DNA of 64,000 nt, taken from IMG/VR virus record IMGVR_UViG_3300027754_005988, positions 1 through 64,000 of that record; one strand, given 5' to 3'. The position numbers and the translations under genes were made by a program. The notes under the pieces were generated by a model. It worked only from the letters and a program-made list of their open reading frames with translations, was not told the DNA's origin and ran no database searches. This document shows, piece after piece, positions 18,661 to 28,397 of this stretch. Position 1 is the stretch's first letter. Every line of letters starts with the position of its first letter. Origin of the DNA: a virus.

Positions 18661-19187
18661 ATGGATAAAAATAATAAAATAACACCTATTACACGTATAA
18701 ATCGCTTTTTCTCTGAAGAAGATTTTTTTTTTTAGAGATAAATATGGGCAGAGAGGCTATTGAGGGCGATGGTAACTTTACTGTTATATTATATAGGGTT
18801 GATAGGGAGATGAGTGAGAGTGATTCTCTTTATGGTGAGGCATCGAAGGATGGTATTAGATTTTTCCCTCCAGTTGAGTTGAAGGTTATTCCTATGTTGG
18901 AGGAGGCTGAGAACAAGACATATAATACTAATGGTAGTTTAAGGTATTTGCAAGATGGTCCTTTAACTTTTGGTATTTATGATGCTCAATTAACTGAGTT
19001 AAAGACATCATTATCTTATGGTGATTACATTGGTTATCCGATAAATGAGACTGAGATAAGATATTTTTCAGTTGTTAATGATGGTATTAAGAACTTTGAC
19101 AATAAGCATACTATAATGGGTTATAAGGGTGCTTTTAGAACGATTAAATGTGCTCCAGTGGATAGTTCTGAATTTGGTGGTCGTTAA
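18661..19187 (+). CDS. Probable head-closure/neck protein (T4 gp14-like); frame broken at a T11 tract
   Basis: ATG 18661 reads MDKNNKITPITRINRFFSEEDFFF* because of T11 (18723-18733); T9 or T12 would join it to the 18744 ORF. The gp14 assignment rests on position and the ..DSLYGE.. segment only. Confidence 0.55.
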
Positions 19188-19213
19188 AATAAAAAATAGT
19201 AAATTAAAGAAAT

Positions 19214-20272
19214 ATGTCACCTAAAGGGTTTAAAACAGATATCAATATAAAAAATGGTAAAATTGGTCCAGAGAGAAGACAAGAAATTCTAGATGGTATT
19301 GCCGATAATGGCACTTTTTTACCTAAAGGTGTATTGGAAGAGGACATGGACCAAGCGGTTGTTGAGTTTACAAAATCTGATAAGGGTTTTGCGATTTCGA
19401 TTGATGGTAAGAAAGTACCTGTTATATTTTTAACAATTCAAAGATGGACAGAATTCAGCAAAACATGGCAATTTTCAGATAAATACAAAAACATTGAACT
19501 TCCTTTCATTACAATAATAAGGAAACCAGATATTCAACAAGGTCAAAATCAAGCTGGATTATGGAATATACCTGGAAATAGAACATATACATATATGAAA
19601 GTTCCAACTTGGGATGGTGTAAGAAAGGGTATTGATTTATATAAGATTCCACAACCAACACCAGTTGATATGACCTATGAAATTAGGTTATTCACCAATA
19701 GGATGAAGGATTTAAATAAATTTAATAGAATATTTCAGAGAGCATTTCAATCTAGACAATGTTATATAAATGCAAATGGTCATCCAATGCCTTTACATTT
19801 AGAAACGATTGGTGATGAAAGCAATATCGATGATTTTGAGAACAGAAGATTTTATGTTCAATTATTTGAAGTTAAGCTGTTGGGTTATATACTTGATGAA
19901 GAAGATTTTGAAGTAATACCAACAATTAATAGGACAATGATTGTTACTGAAGTTAGAGAAGAAGTATTATTAAATAATAATATTGTTTTTGAACCGCATG
20001 TTAATGTTAACACTGTTAACTTTACATTTAACTTTAAACCAAAATCAGAACCACAATTTACATTTACTAATCAATATAGTGTTAGTTTTTCTCAATTAAC
20101 AGGTATTGTAAACTTAACAAGAATAGTTATTCTTGTTAATGGTATTGGCGTGTTTGATGGTACTATTTTAACATCGCCATTGGTTTTTAACGCTAATGAT
20201 GTTATTACCATAAAAGTTAGCAAAGGATATTACAATGATGGTGTATTTAAATTAATAGGTAACACAATATAA
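19214..20272 (+). CDS. Tail completion/terminator protein (T4 gp15-like)
   Basis: VPVIFLTIQRW..LPFITIIR..PVDMTYEIRLFT pattern; position next to neck genes. Confidence 0.5.
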   Translation: MSPKGFKTDINIKNGKIGPERRQEILDGIADNGTFLPKGVLEEDMDQAVVEFTKSDKGFAISIDGKKVPVIFLTIQRWTEFSKTWQFSDKYKNIELPFITIIRKPDIQQGQNQAGLWNIPGNRTYTYMKVPTWDGVRKGIDLYKIPQPTPVDMTYEIRLFTNRMKDLNKFNRIFQRAFQSRQCYINANGHPMPLHLETIGDESNIDDFENRRFYVQLFEVKLLGYILDEEDFEVIPTINRTMIVTEVREEVLLNNNIVFEPHVNVNTVNFTFNFKPKSEPQFTFTNQYSVSFSQLTGIVNLTRIVILVNGIGVFDGTILTSPLVFNANDVITIKVSKGYYNDGVFKLIGNTI

Positions 20273-20273
20273 T

Positions 20274-20672
20274 ATGAGCTGTATAAGTAATTCATCTGAT
20301 ATAAATCAAACATTCATAATTGAACCTTTAGTTATGACTGCTGATACACCTACGATATCTGCATGTACGGCTGTTTATACTGATTTAGTTATTTCTTGTA
20401 GTGGTGATTCTGAAATACATTTATCTAGCGGTGAAACTATATTTAACACAAGTATAAACCCAATAATTGATGCAACAATTGATGTTGGTATACCTGCTAG
20501 AAGATTTAGGGATATAAATACTGTTAGTGGAACATCTAGTGTTTGGACATCAACAATAAAGGTAAATACCCCTATGTTAGATTTAGGGTTAGATTCACAA
20601 AGTAATTTAAGACAAATAACTGCTAATAATTCAATTATAGAAGACGATTTTTTGAATGGAGGTAATTTTTGA
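20274..20672 (+). CDS. Hypothetical structural protein
   Basis: 132 aa, starts 1 nt after the upstream stop, ends DDFLNGGNF. Confidence 0.6.
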   Translation: MSCISNSSDINQTFIIEPLVMTADTPTISACTAVYTDLVISCSGDSEIHLSSGETIFNTSINPIIDATIDVGIPARRFRDINTVSGTSSVWTSTIKVNTPMLDLGLDSQSNLRQITANNSIIEDDFLNGGNF

Positions 20673-20706
20673 TAAATAACAATATATTTATATAAAAACA
20701 AAAAAA

Positions 20707-22227
20707 ATGGCGATTAGAAACACTAGATTAATAATTAAGAATAACACGGTACCAAGTGCACCATTTTCTGGGGCAACTTTATACAAAGGTGAGGCAATAG
20801 TAAATACTGCCGATGGTATAATGATGTTTTCTGGTATTACATCATCAACATCAAATTGGACACCAGCTGGCGTTGGTGGTAACGCTAACTTCTTTGAAGT
20901 AGGTTCTAATCTTTATAATTTAAAAATTAGAAATCAAATTACATCATATAGTGGCCTTACAAATTTAAGTGGTTTATTCCTTTCTGGTACATCTAATGGA
21001 TTTGTTTTAGCACCAGTTTCATCAATAAGCGGTTCTGATACTTATGTAACTGGATTTACATATAATAATAGTAACGTATTTACTATAGGTCAAAATAATG
21101 GTCAACCTAGTTTAACAGCATCAATTAATACGATGACTGGTTTGACTATTAGTGGTACGTTGTCTGCTACGACAGCAAATATTGGAACTGAAAATTTAAA
21201 CACGCTTAACGCAACTGGCGCTACTATTACAACGTTGAATTCTACAACCATTAATGGTGGTAACGTAAATGTTAATAATTTAACAGTAACTGGAAGTGCT
21301 ACTTATAATCAAACAGCAACTGCTGCAAATGATATTGTTAATTATTCTACATTAACTGCATATTCACAAACAAATGATGTTTATGTTACTGGTGGTACTA
21401 TTTCATATACTGGACCTAATGGTTCAATTGTTTTAGGTAGAAAAAATGCATCAAATGTAACTTTAACTGGTTTAACAGATGTTTATACGACTGGTGGTAC
21501 TTATAATGCTGGCACACTTACATTAAATAATAATAATAACGCTTCATTTAATGTTACTGGTTTAACATCAACTGATACATTCGTAACTGGTTTCACATAT
21601 TCACCAACAACAAACACGTTTACAATTAAACAAAACCAAGGTCAATCTGATTTACCAGTTCAATTTGCAACAGTTTCTGGTTTAACATTTAGTAATTTAA
21701 CAGCTGGTAGAGTTGTTTATGTTGGTACAGGTGGTTTATTAACAGATAAATCTGGATTTACTTATGATGCTGCTACAAATACATTTAGTGTTCCTACTGA
21801 TGGTACTGTTAATGTTGGTACAGGTGGTTTAAATGTTGCAGGAAGTGCTGTTATTCAAGGTTCTCTTACCGTATTTGGCCCATCCGTTTCAGCGTTTACT
21901 AGTCAATTATATGTAGAAGATAATAACGTTATACTTAATTATAATCCTACTGGAAGTACAACTGTAACATCTATTGGTGCAGGTTTTACTATTCAAGATG
22001 GTTCAGGTATAGCAAATACCGCAACTACTTTAAATATTGGTTTATCTTACTTAAACGGTAATTTATCTCCAAATACTGAATATACAGCTTCAACTGGTAA
22101 CGCTAATAGAAATATATACACACAAGTTGGTGATATTATAATTAGAAACACTAATTATAATGATAGCGCACCAAATGGTGTAAGAGTACTTACGGAAAAT
22201 GATATTTTAGATGGGGGTAGCTATTGA
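20707..22227 (+). CDS. Fibre-like protein with an Mtd-N-like N-terminus
   Basis: RLIIKNNTVPSAP..LYKGEAIVNTADG; Thr/Gly-rich repeats; ends ILDGGSY. Confidence 0.6.
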   Translation: MAIRNTRLIIKNNTVPSAPFSGATLYKGEAIVNTADGIMMFSGITSSTSNWTPAGVGGNANFFEVGSNLYNLKIRNQITSYSGLTNLSGLFLSGTSNGFVLAPVSSISGSDTYVTGFTYNNSNVFTIGQNNGQPSLTASINTMTGLTISGTLSATTANIGTENLNTLNATGATITTLNSTTINGGNVNVNNLTVTGSATYNQTATAANDIVNYSTLTAYSQTNDVYVTGGTISYTGPNGSIVLGRKNASNVTLTGLTDVYTTGGTYNAGTLTLNNNNNASFNVTGLTSTDTFVTGFTYSPTTNTFTIKQNQGQSDLPVQFATVSGLTFSNLTAGRVVYVGTGGLLTDKSGFTYDAATNTFSVPTDGTVNVGTGGLNVAGSAVIQGSLTVFGPSVSAFTSQLYVEDNNVILNYNPTGSTTVTSIGAGFTIQDGSGIANTATTLNIGLSYLNGNLSPNTEYTASTGNANRNIYTQVGDIIIRNTNYNDSAPNGVRVLTENDILDGGSY

Positions 22228-22268
22228 TGGTTCATAGTAACTATTGATTTTAAAAATATCATAATTAT

Positions 22269-22305
22269 AATATGCACAATTTAACGATTGTGCATATTTA
22301 TTTTA
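22269..22305 (+). terminator. 12-bp perfect hairpin with T-rich tail
   Basis: AATATGCACAAT-TTAACG-ATTGTGCATATT followed by TATTTTA. Confidence 0.55.
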
Positions 22306-22371
22306 TATAGGTTATATAACCTTAAAAAACACAATAACTCTTTATAGGGATTTTAAAAATAGACCATATAT

Positions 22372-25300
22372 ATGGCGGATAAGATTAGAAATAACACGTT
22401 TTTAATTAAACGTTCAAACGTACCAGGAAAAGTACCAACCGCTGGTAGTTTACTACTAGGTGAATTAGCATTAAATACTAGTGACGTAATATTATACGCT
22501 TCTGGTACTACAGCAAACTCAATACTACCAATAGGGTGGGATAGAGTTTCTAGAACTGGTGATACTATGACTGGTAGTTTATACGCACCTTCTATTTCTG
22601 CCACAACAATATCTGCTACTACATATCTTAACTTACCTTCATCAACGTTTACTGGTGGTACAGTAACTGGACCAACTAATTTTACAAACGGATTAACAGC
22701 CAATACTATGAGTGCTACAACTTATTATGGTGATGGTTCTAATCTAACTGGTATATCGGCAGTAGCGACTGAATTCGTGGTTAATTGTCGTAACCAAAGT
22801 GGTTCAGATATGTATAGAGGTCAAGTAGTGTATATGAATGGGTCAACGGGGAATAAACCTACAATACTATTAGCACAAGCGAACTCTGAGATGACATCAG
22901 CCAGAACATTTGGTGTGTTAAAAAATGATATTGCAAACAATGATTATGGTGATGTAGTAACAATTGGTTCAATAACTAATTTAGATACAAGAACTTCTGC
23001 AACACATCCATTCACAATAGATACTTTATCTGATGGACAAACAATTTATTTATCCCCAACTAATGCTGGTTATATTACAAATGTTAAACCATACGCACCA
23101 AATCATTTAGTTTATATTGGTAAGGTAGTTAGAACTTCTCCAACTAATGGATATATAGAATATCAAATTCAAAATGGGTATGAATTAGATGAATTACACG
23201 ATGTTAAAATAACTGGGGTAACATATGGTGATTTGTTAACATATTCAGCATATAATGGTAGTAATGTTTGGGTTAATAGTAAAACTCTTAATGGTTCTTA
23301 TACTGTAACTGGTGATACAAGTGTTGGTGGTCAGATGAAAGCTACAACAGTTTCAGCTACAACATATTATAACTTACCAATAACAACAGATATAACAATT
23401 ACTGGTGCAACTTATAGTAATAATACATTTACATATAGAAATAATACAGGTGGTACATTTAGTACATTATTTAATACTGTAACAGGATTAACTGTTACTG
23501 GTAATCTTACTGTAACAGGTGGAACTCAATCTATATTTTCAGGTAATAGTTCATCTGACTTAGTTAGGATAACTCAAACTGGAACTGGTAATGCATTTGT
23601 TGTTGAGGATAGCACTACACCAGATAGTTCAAAATTTGTAATTAATTCTTCAGGTAATGTAGGTGTTGGGATTGATTCTCAACCAACAACAAAATTATAT
23701 GTTAATAATAACGCCTTAGATGGTGTAACTAATGTTATAATTGGTTATAATGGAATTTCTTCAGGTGGAACTGGTGTATATGGTATATCAAGTTTACCAG
23801 CTGTTAATGGTACATCATATGGTGTTAGAGGTGAGTCTAATGAAAACTCTGTATCAAATATTGGTGTATATGGATATGCTTGGAATTCTGATTGGTCTGG
23901 TGGTATAAATAAAGGTGGATTATTTATTGGTGAAGGTAGTAATACTAATATAGGTGTTGATGCCACTGGTCAAGCAGCGAATAGTAATCCTTCACCATTA
24001 TCAATAGGTGGTAAATTTACTGCACAATTTTCAGATAGTAATTATTCAGTTCAATTAATTGATGGTACACAAGGAATAAATAAAGTTTTAGTATCACAAA
24101 CAACAGATGGTAAGGCTAATTGGAGTGATGTATTAAGTGGTCTAACAAGAGTTAATACTACTACAATATCTGCAACAACTTATCAAAATTTACCATTAGA
24201 TATTCGAGTAACTGGAGGTACTTATTCTACTGGTACAGCTACTTTTACAAATAATACTGGTGGTACATTTAGTGTTACTGGATTTAGTACAGCTACAGCA
24301 TTTACAGGAGGTACAGTTACTGGAGCTACAAACTTCACAGGAGGTCTTACAGCGAATACTATATCTGCAACAACATATTTAAATTTACCTGTAACAACAG
24401 ATATAACAATTACTGGTGCTAGTTATAGTAATAATACATTTACATATACTAATAATACTGGCGGAACATTTAATGTATTATTTAATACGGTTACTGGGTT
24501 AACATCTACTGGTACGATATCTTCTAGTATTTTATCTGCAACAACATACTTAAACTTACCTTTAGATATAAGAGTAACTGGTGGTACTTATACTAATGGA
24601 AATGCTACATTTACAAATAATACTGGAGGTACGTTTAACGTAACTGGATTTAGTACTAGTACTGCTACTGCATTTACAGGAGGTACAGTAACTGGTGCAA
24701 CTAATTTCACTGGAGGTGTTACAGCGAATACAATATCAGCTACTACTTATCAGAATTTACCTACTGATATAAGAGTAACTGGAGCAACATATTCAAATAA
24801 TACATTTACCTTTACAAATAATACTGGTGGTACATTTAGTACATTATTTAACACAGTAACAGGACTAACTGTTAATGGTAACTTAACCGTAACTGGAAAC
24901 ACATCAGTACAAGGTTTAAGCGGAACAACAGCTACATTATCTGGTTCAGGTCAAAATATACTTACTATAATAGGTTCTGGGACCACTTCACCTATATTTA
25001 CAGTTCAAGGTTCAAGTGGTGAATTATTTAGCATTACAGACAGTCTTACAGGGTCATTATTTAGTGTTAATGATATATCTGGATTACCAATACTTGAAGT
25101 GTTTAGCGATAACACTACACTTATGGGTAGTTATTTAGCTCCATCATTAAATACCACAACAAAAGTAACACTTACAGCTGGTACGAATACAGTATATTCA
25201 ATACCAACAAGTGCTTATACAGGTGCATTCTTTGATTACACTGTAATAAGTAGTGGTTCAACTGGTGCTAGAGCAGGTAATATAATGGCTATATGGAGTG

Positions 25301-25455
25301 GAACAAGTGCTCAATATAGTGAGACATCAACCAATGATATTGGTAATACTGCTGGTATTACATTTTCAGTTGCTGTATCAGGTAATAATGCGGTATTAAG
25401 TTCATCAGCAACAACTGGTGGATGGACACTTAAAACAATAATAAGAAGTATATAA
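22372..25455 (+). CDS. Long modular fibre protein with an Mtd-N-like N-terminus
   Basis: IKRSNVPGKVPTAGSLLLGELALNTSD; many TISATTY.NLP..DIRVTG.TY modules. Confidence 0.65.
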   Translation: MADKIRNNTFLIKRSNVPGKVPTAGSLLLGELALNTSDVILYASGTTANSILPIGWDRVSRTGDTMTGSLYAPSISATTISATTYLNLPSSTFTGGTVTGPTNFTNGLTANTMSATTYYGDGSNLTGISAVATEFVVNCRNQSGSDMYRGQVVYMNGSTGNKPTILLAQANSEMTSARTFGVLKNDIANNDYGDVVTIGSITNLDTRTSATHPFTIDTLSDGQTIYLSPTNAGYITNVKPYAPNHLVYIGKVVRTSPTNGYIEYQIQNGYELDELHDVKITGVTYGDLLTYSAYNGSNVWVNSKTLNGSYTVTGDTSVGGQMKATTVSATTYYNLPITTDITITGATYSNNTFTYRNNTGGTFSTLFNTVTGLTVTGNLTVTGGTQSIFSGNSSSDLVRITQTGTGNAFVVEDSTTPDSSKFVINSSGNVGVGIDSQPTTKLYVNNNALDGVTNVIIGYNGISSGGTGVYGISSLPAVNGTSYGVRGESNENSVSNIGVYGYAWNSDWSGGINKGGLFIGEGSNTNIGVDATGQAANSNPSPLSIGGKFTAQFSDSNYSVQLIDGTQGINKVLVSQTTDGKANWSDVLSGLTRVNTTTISATTYQNLPLDIRVTGGTYSTGTATFTNNTGGTFSVTGFSTATAFTGGTVTGATNFTGGLTANTISATTYLNLPVTTDITITGASYSNNTFTYTNNTGGTFNVLFNTVTGLTSTGTISSSILSATTYLNLPLDIRVTGGTYTNGNATFTNNTGGTFNVTGFSTSTATAFTGGTVTGATNFTGGVTANTISATTYQNLPTDIRVTGATYSNNTFTFTNNTGGTFSTLFNTVTGLTVNGNLTVTGNTSVQGLSGTTATLSGSGQNILTIIGSGTTSPIFTVQGSSGELFSITDSLTGSLFSVNDISGLPILEVFSDNTTLMGSYLAPSLNTTTKVTLTAGTNTVYSIPTSAYTGAFFDYTVISSGSTGARAGNIMAIWSGTSAQYSETSTNDIGNTAGITFSVAVSGNNAVLSSSATTGGWTLKTIIRSI

Positions 25456-25456
25456 T

Positions 25457-26152
25457 ATGGCATTCAATTATTCACCAAAACCCGTTATAGATAGCAGTCT
25501 AGTATTGTATTTAGACGCAGCTAACCCTAAAAGTTATGTGAGCGGAAGTACAGTATGGACGGATGTTAGTAGAGGTGGGAATAATGGAACACTTACAAAT
25601 GGGCCTGCGTATAATAGTAGTAATGGTGGTACTATTCAATTTGATGGTATTGATGATTTTGTAGTAATGCCTTCAAGAGTGGTTGATTCTACTTTTACTG
25701 CATTATCGGCAGAGTGTTGGGTAAAACCAACAAATGCAAGTACATGTTTAATAATGGAAAATGGCACAGCGTATACTACTAATGGGTTTTTATTAGCTCA
25801 AGAAACTTCAACTCAATTTTCTTTTGAAGTATTTGGTTCGGGATATGATTCCGTGATTGCTAGTACTACGTATTCAATAAATAATTGGTATCATTTAGTA
25901 GGTGTATGGACTGCTGGTTCTATCGTGAACATATATATGAATGGTGTATTATCAAATGGTACTAGAACATCTCAAGGAGCACAAACTACATTATTAAATG
26001 GAAACACTAATCTATATGTTGGAATTAGACCACCTAATTCAATACCCTTCAAAGGAAATATAAGTACGGCAAAAATATACAACCGTGCCTTATCAGCCAC
26101 AGAAGTATTACAAAATTACAATGCCCTTAAAGGCCGATACGGATTAAAATAA
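25457..26152 (+). CDS. LamG/concanavalin A-like lectin domain protein
   Basis: LVLYLDAAN..FDGIDD..WYHLVGV..KIYNRALSATEV. Confidence 0.8.
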   Translation: MAFNYSPKPVIDSSLVLYLDAANPKSYVSGSTVWTDVSRGGNNGTLTNGPAYNSSNGGTIQFDGIDDFVVMPSRVVDSTFTALSAECWVKPTNASTCLIMENGTAYTTNGFLLAQETSTQFSFEVFGSGYDSVIASTTYSINNWYHLVGVWTAGSIVNIYMNGVLSNGTRTSQGAQTTLLNGNTNLYVGIRPPNSIPFKGNISTAKIYNRALSATEVLQNYNALKGRYGLK

Positions 26153-26153
26153 T

Positions 26154-26897
26154 ATGGCAGGAAGAGTATCATATACAGGAGGAATAGTTCGTAACGGATT
26201 GGTGTTGCATCTTGATGCAGCCAAAAGAGATTCATATCCAAAGACAGGAACAGTGTGGAGCGATATATCTGGCAATGGAAATCATTTTTCATTATACGGA
26301 ACACCAACTTTTAATTCAAATAATGGTGGTAGTATACAATTAAATGGTACAAGTCAATATTGTAGAAGTATAAACACTATTAATTTATCATCATTAAATG
26401 GGTTTTCTATACAAATAATAGCAAAAACCAATAGTGTTGCTGGGGCAGCCGTATACGAACACGGTCCTAATACAAATACTACTGTAGGTGGTTTTGGTTT
26501 TTTTTCTAATAGTAATGGGCTTATTACTGACTCCACAACAATGCATTCATTTTTAAATACTAATTTGGGTGCAAATGGCGGTGCTAGAAATATATCATCA
26601 AATTCACAATCTAGTTACTTTATTGAAACAAAAACAATAGTAAAAAATTCTTCTATAGGATTTCAAGATTACTATAACGGTCAATTGACTCCATATATAA
26701 CATCCACATGGGGTACAAGTACTAGTACAGTTGGAATAACTACAACATTTTTAAATGATTATTTATATTTGGGTAGTAGAGGTGGAACAACAAGTTTTTT
26801 AAGTGGTAATATTGCTTCAATAATTATTTACAACAGACCATTATCCGCATCAGAAGTCCTACAAAATTATAACGCATTAAAAGGAAGATATATTTAA
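26154..26897 (+). CDS. LamG/concanavalin A-like lectin domain protein (tandem paralog)
   Basis: LVLHLDAAK..IIIYNRPLSASEVLQNYNALKGRY; both termini shared with the upstream gene. Confidence 0.75.
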   Translation: MAGRVSYTGGIVRNGLVLHLDAAKRDSYPKTGTVWSDISGNGNHFSLYGTPTFNSNNGGSIQLNGTSQYCRSINTINLSSLNGFSIQIIAKTNSVAGAAVYEHGPNTNTTVGGFGFFSNSNGLITDSTTMHSFLNTNLGANGGARNISSNSQSSYFIETKTIVKNSSIGFQDYYNGQLTPYITSTWGTSTSTVGITTTFLNDYLYLGSRGGTTSFLSGNIASIIIYNRPLSASEVLQNYNALKGRYI

Positions 26898-26901
26898 AAT
26901 T

Positions 26902-27171
26902 ATGGAACAATTACAAGATTACGGAAACAGAAAATTTATGATATTTGCGGTAACAGAATTACCACAGATTGATTTCACACAAGTATGTGAAACATCAATG
27001 GACACAGTTAGATGTTCAGTGGATGCCGCGAAAACATTTGTTAAATGGGATAGTGAAACGGTACCTTCAAGTGTTGATGCATTAACAACCAAAGAAGGTC
27101 CATACGCATATGAAGAAATACTTGCAATATTGGCAACACCAGAATGGACTGGCCAAAATCCAATCATATGA
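26902..27171 (+). CDS. Hypothetical protein
   Basis: 89 aa, in operon; ATGA overlap with the next gene. Confidence 0.65.
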   Translation: MEQLQDYGNRKFMIFAVTELPQIDFTQVCETSMDTVRCSVDAAKTFVKWDSETVPSSVDALTTKEGPYAYEEILAILATPEWTGQNPII

Positions 27172-27920
27172 GTACTGTAAACGGAGGTCCTAGATTTGAT
27201 GCAGATGTTTTAGCATTCATTACTGCTGCTGGTATTACAGATACCACACAGAAAAAAGCAATAAATAGACTTGTATTAGATTTAAAAGGTTACGGCATAT
27301 GGACCAAAATGAAAGCTATCTATCCAATGGTAGGTGGAACTGCGGCATCTCATAAATGGAACTTAAAAGACCCAAGAGATTTAGATGCAGCATTCAGATT
27401 AACATTTACTGCTGGTTGGGTGCATAGTTCAACTGGTGCTAAGGCCAATGGAACAAGTGATTATGCTAATACATTTTTCAATCCATCTGTAAGTAGCAAT
27501 ATAAATTCATCACATATATCTTATTATGCTAGAACAGGTAGTAATAACAACACTGTTTGGGTTGGTTCGGGTTATGCTGGATTTTTACAGAGTTTTGGTG
27601 GTACTATGTATGGTTCATTATCTACCGGTTTACCAAATTATATGTCTGTTGCGTCAACAAACTACCAATTTGCTATGGTTAACAGGACATCTTCCAATTA
27701 TATGGAATTAAGAAAATTAGGTGTTATGGTTGCTTCAAGTTCTGTAATTGCATATGGTTATGATGCATCACCATATAGATTGAATTCTTTTGGTAATGGT
27801 TATTATTCACCAAGTGAATGTGCCTTTGCAACAATAGGAGATGGCTTAACAAACACAGAAGCATCTAACTTATATACTGCCGTACAAAATTATGAAACAA
27901 CTTTAAATCGTCAAGTTTAA
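27168..27920 (+). CDS. Virion-associated protein, possible lectin-like fold
   Basis: Start reassigned to ATG 27168 (ATGA overlap, MSTVNGG); ends LYTAVQNYETTLNRQV. Confidence 0.55.
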   Translation: MSTVNGGPRFDADVLAFITAAGITDTTQKKAINRLVLDLKGYGIWTKMKAIYPMVGGTAASHKWNLKDPRDLDAAFRLTFTAGWVHSSTGAKANGTSDYANTFFNPSVSSNINSSHISYYARTGSNNNTVWVGSGYAGFLQSFGGTMYGSLSTGLPNYMSVASTNYQFAMVNRTSSNYMELRKLGVMVASSSVIAYGYDASPYRLNSFGNGYYSPSECAFATIGDGLTNTEASNLYTAVQNYETTLNRQV

Positions 27921-27932
27921 TAGAAAATCAAT

Positions 27933-28154
27933 ATGCAAGGAAGAAAATTAACAACGCAACAAGCAAATGAAATACATGGTGTATTCATATCACCAGAAAC
28001 ATTTATCAATGTAGTTTATGATACGAATGATAATCCATTCCTATTTCTATCTGAACAATGGGAAGAAGCATTGGTGTCGACTGAGTTTGCTTACCTATTA
28101 GCAATACCAAAAGAACAATATACACCTAAGATTGAAATTAATAATAAAATTTAA
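27933..28154 (+). CDS. Hypothetical protein
   Basis: 73-aa ORF in operon. Confidence 0.6.
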   Translation: MQGRKLTTQQANEIHGVFISPETFINVVYDTNDNPFLFLSEQWEEALVSTEFAYLLAIPKEQYTPKIEINNKI

Positions 28155-28166
28155 TATAATAATACT

Positions 28167-28394
28167 ATGGAAACTAAAAAACAAACATACCTTGAATGGT
28201 TCAAAGAAAAATACCAATTTGGTTGGGTAATAGCAGTAGCGATACTTTTTACAATTGCTTCTATATCTGAATTTAATTCAGATTATCCAAACAATGGATG
28301 GGTACCAGTAATTTGTGGTACAATAATATATTGTGTAATATTTTTAATAACTTTTTATCAATATAAAAAAGGTGGAAACACTAAATTTCAATAA
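28167..28394 (+). CDS. Small two-TM membrane protein (holin-like topology)
   Basis: Two hydrophobic stretches and a basic C-terminal KKGGNTK. Confidence 0.5.
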   Translation: METKKQTYLEWFKEKYQFGWVIAVAILFTIASISEFNSDYPNNGWVPVICGTIIYCVIFLITFYQYKKGGNTKFQ

Positions 28395-28397
28395 TTT

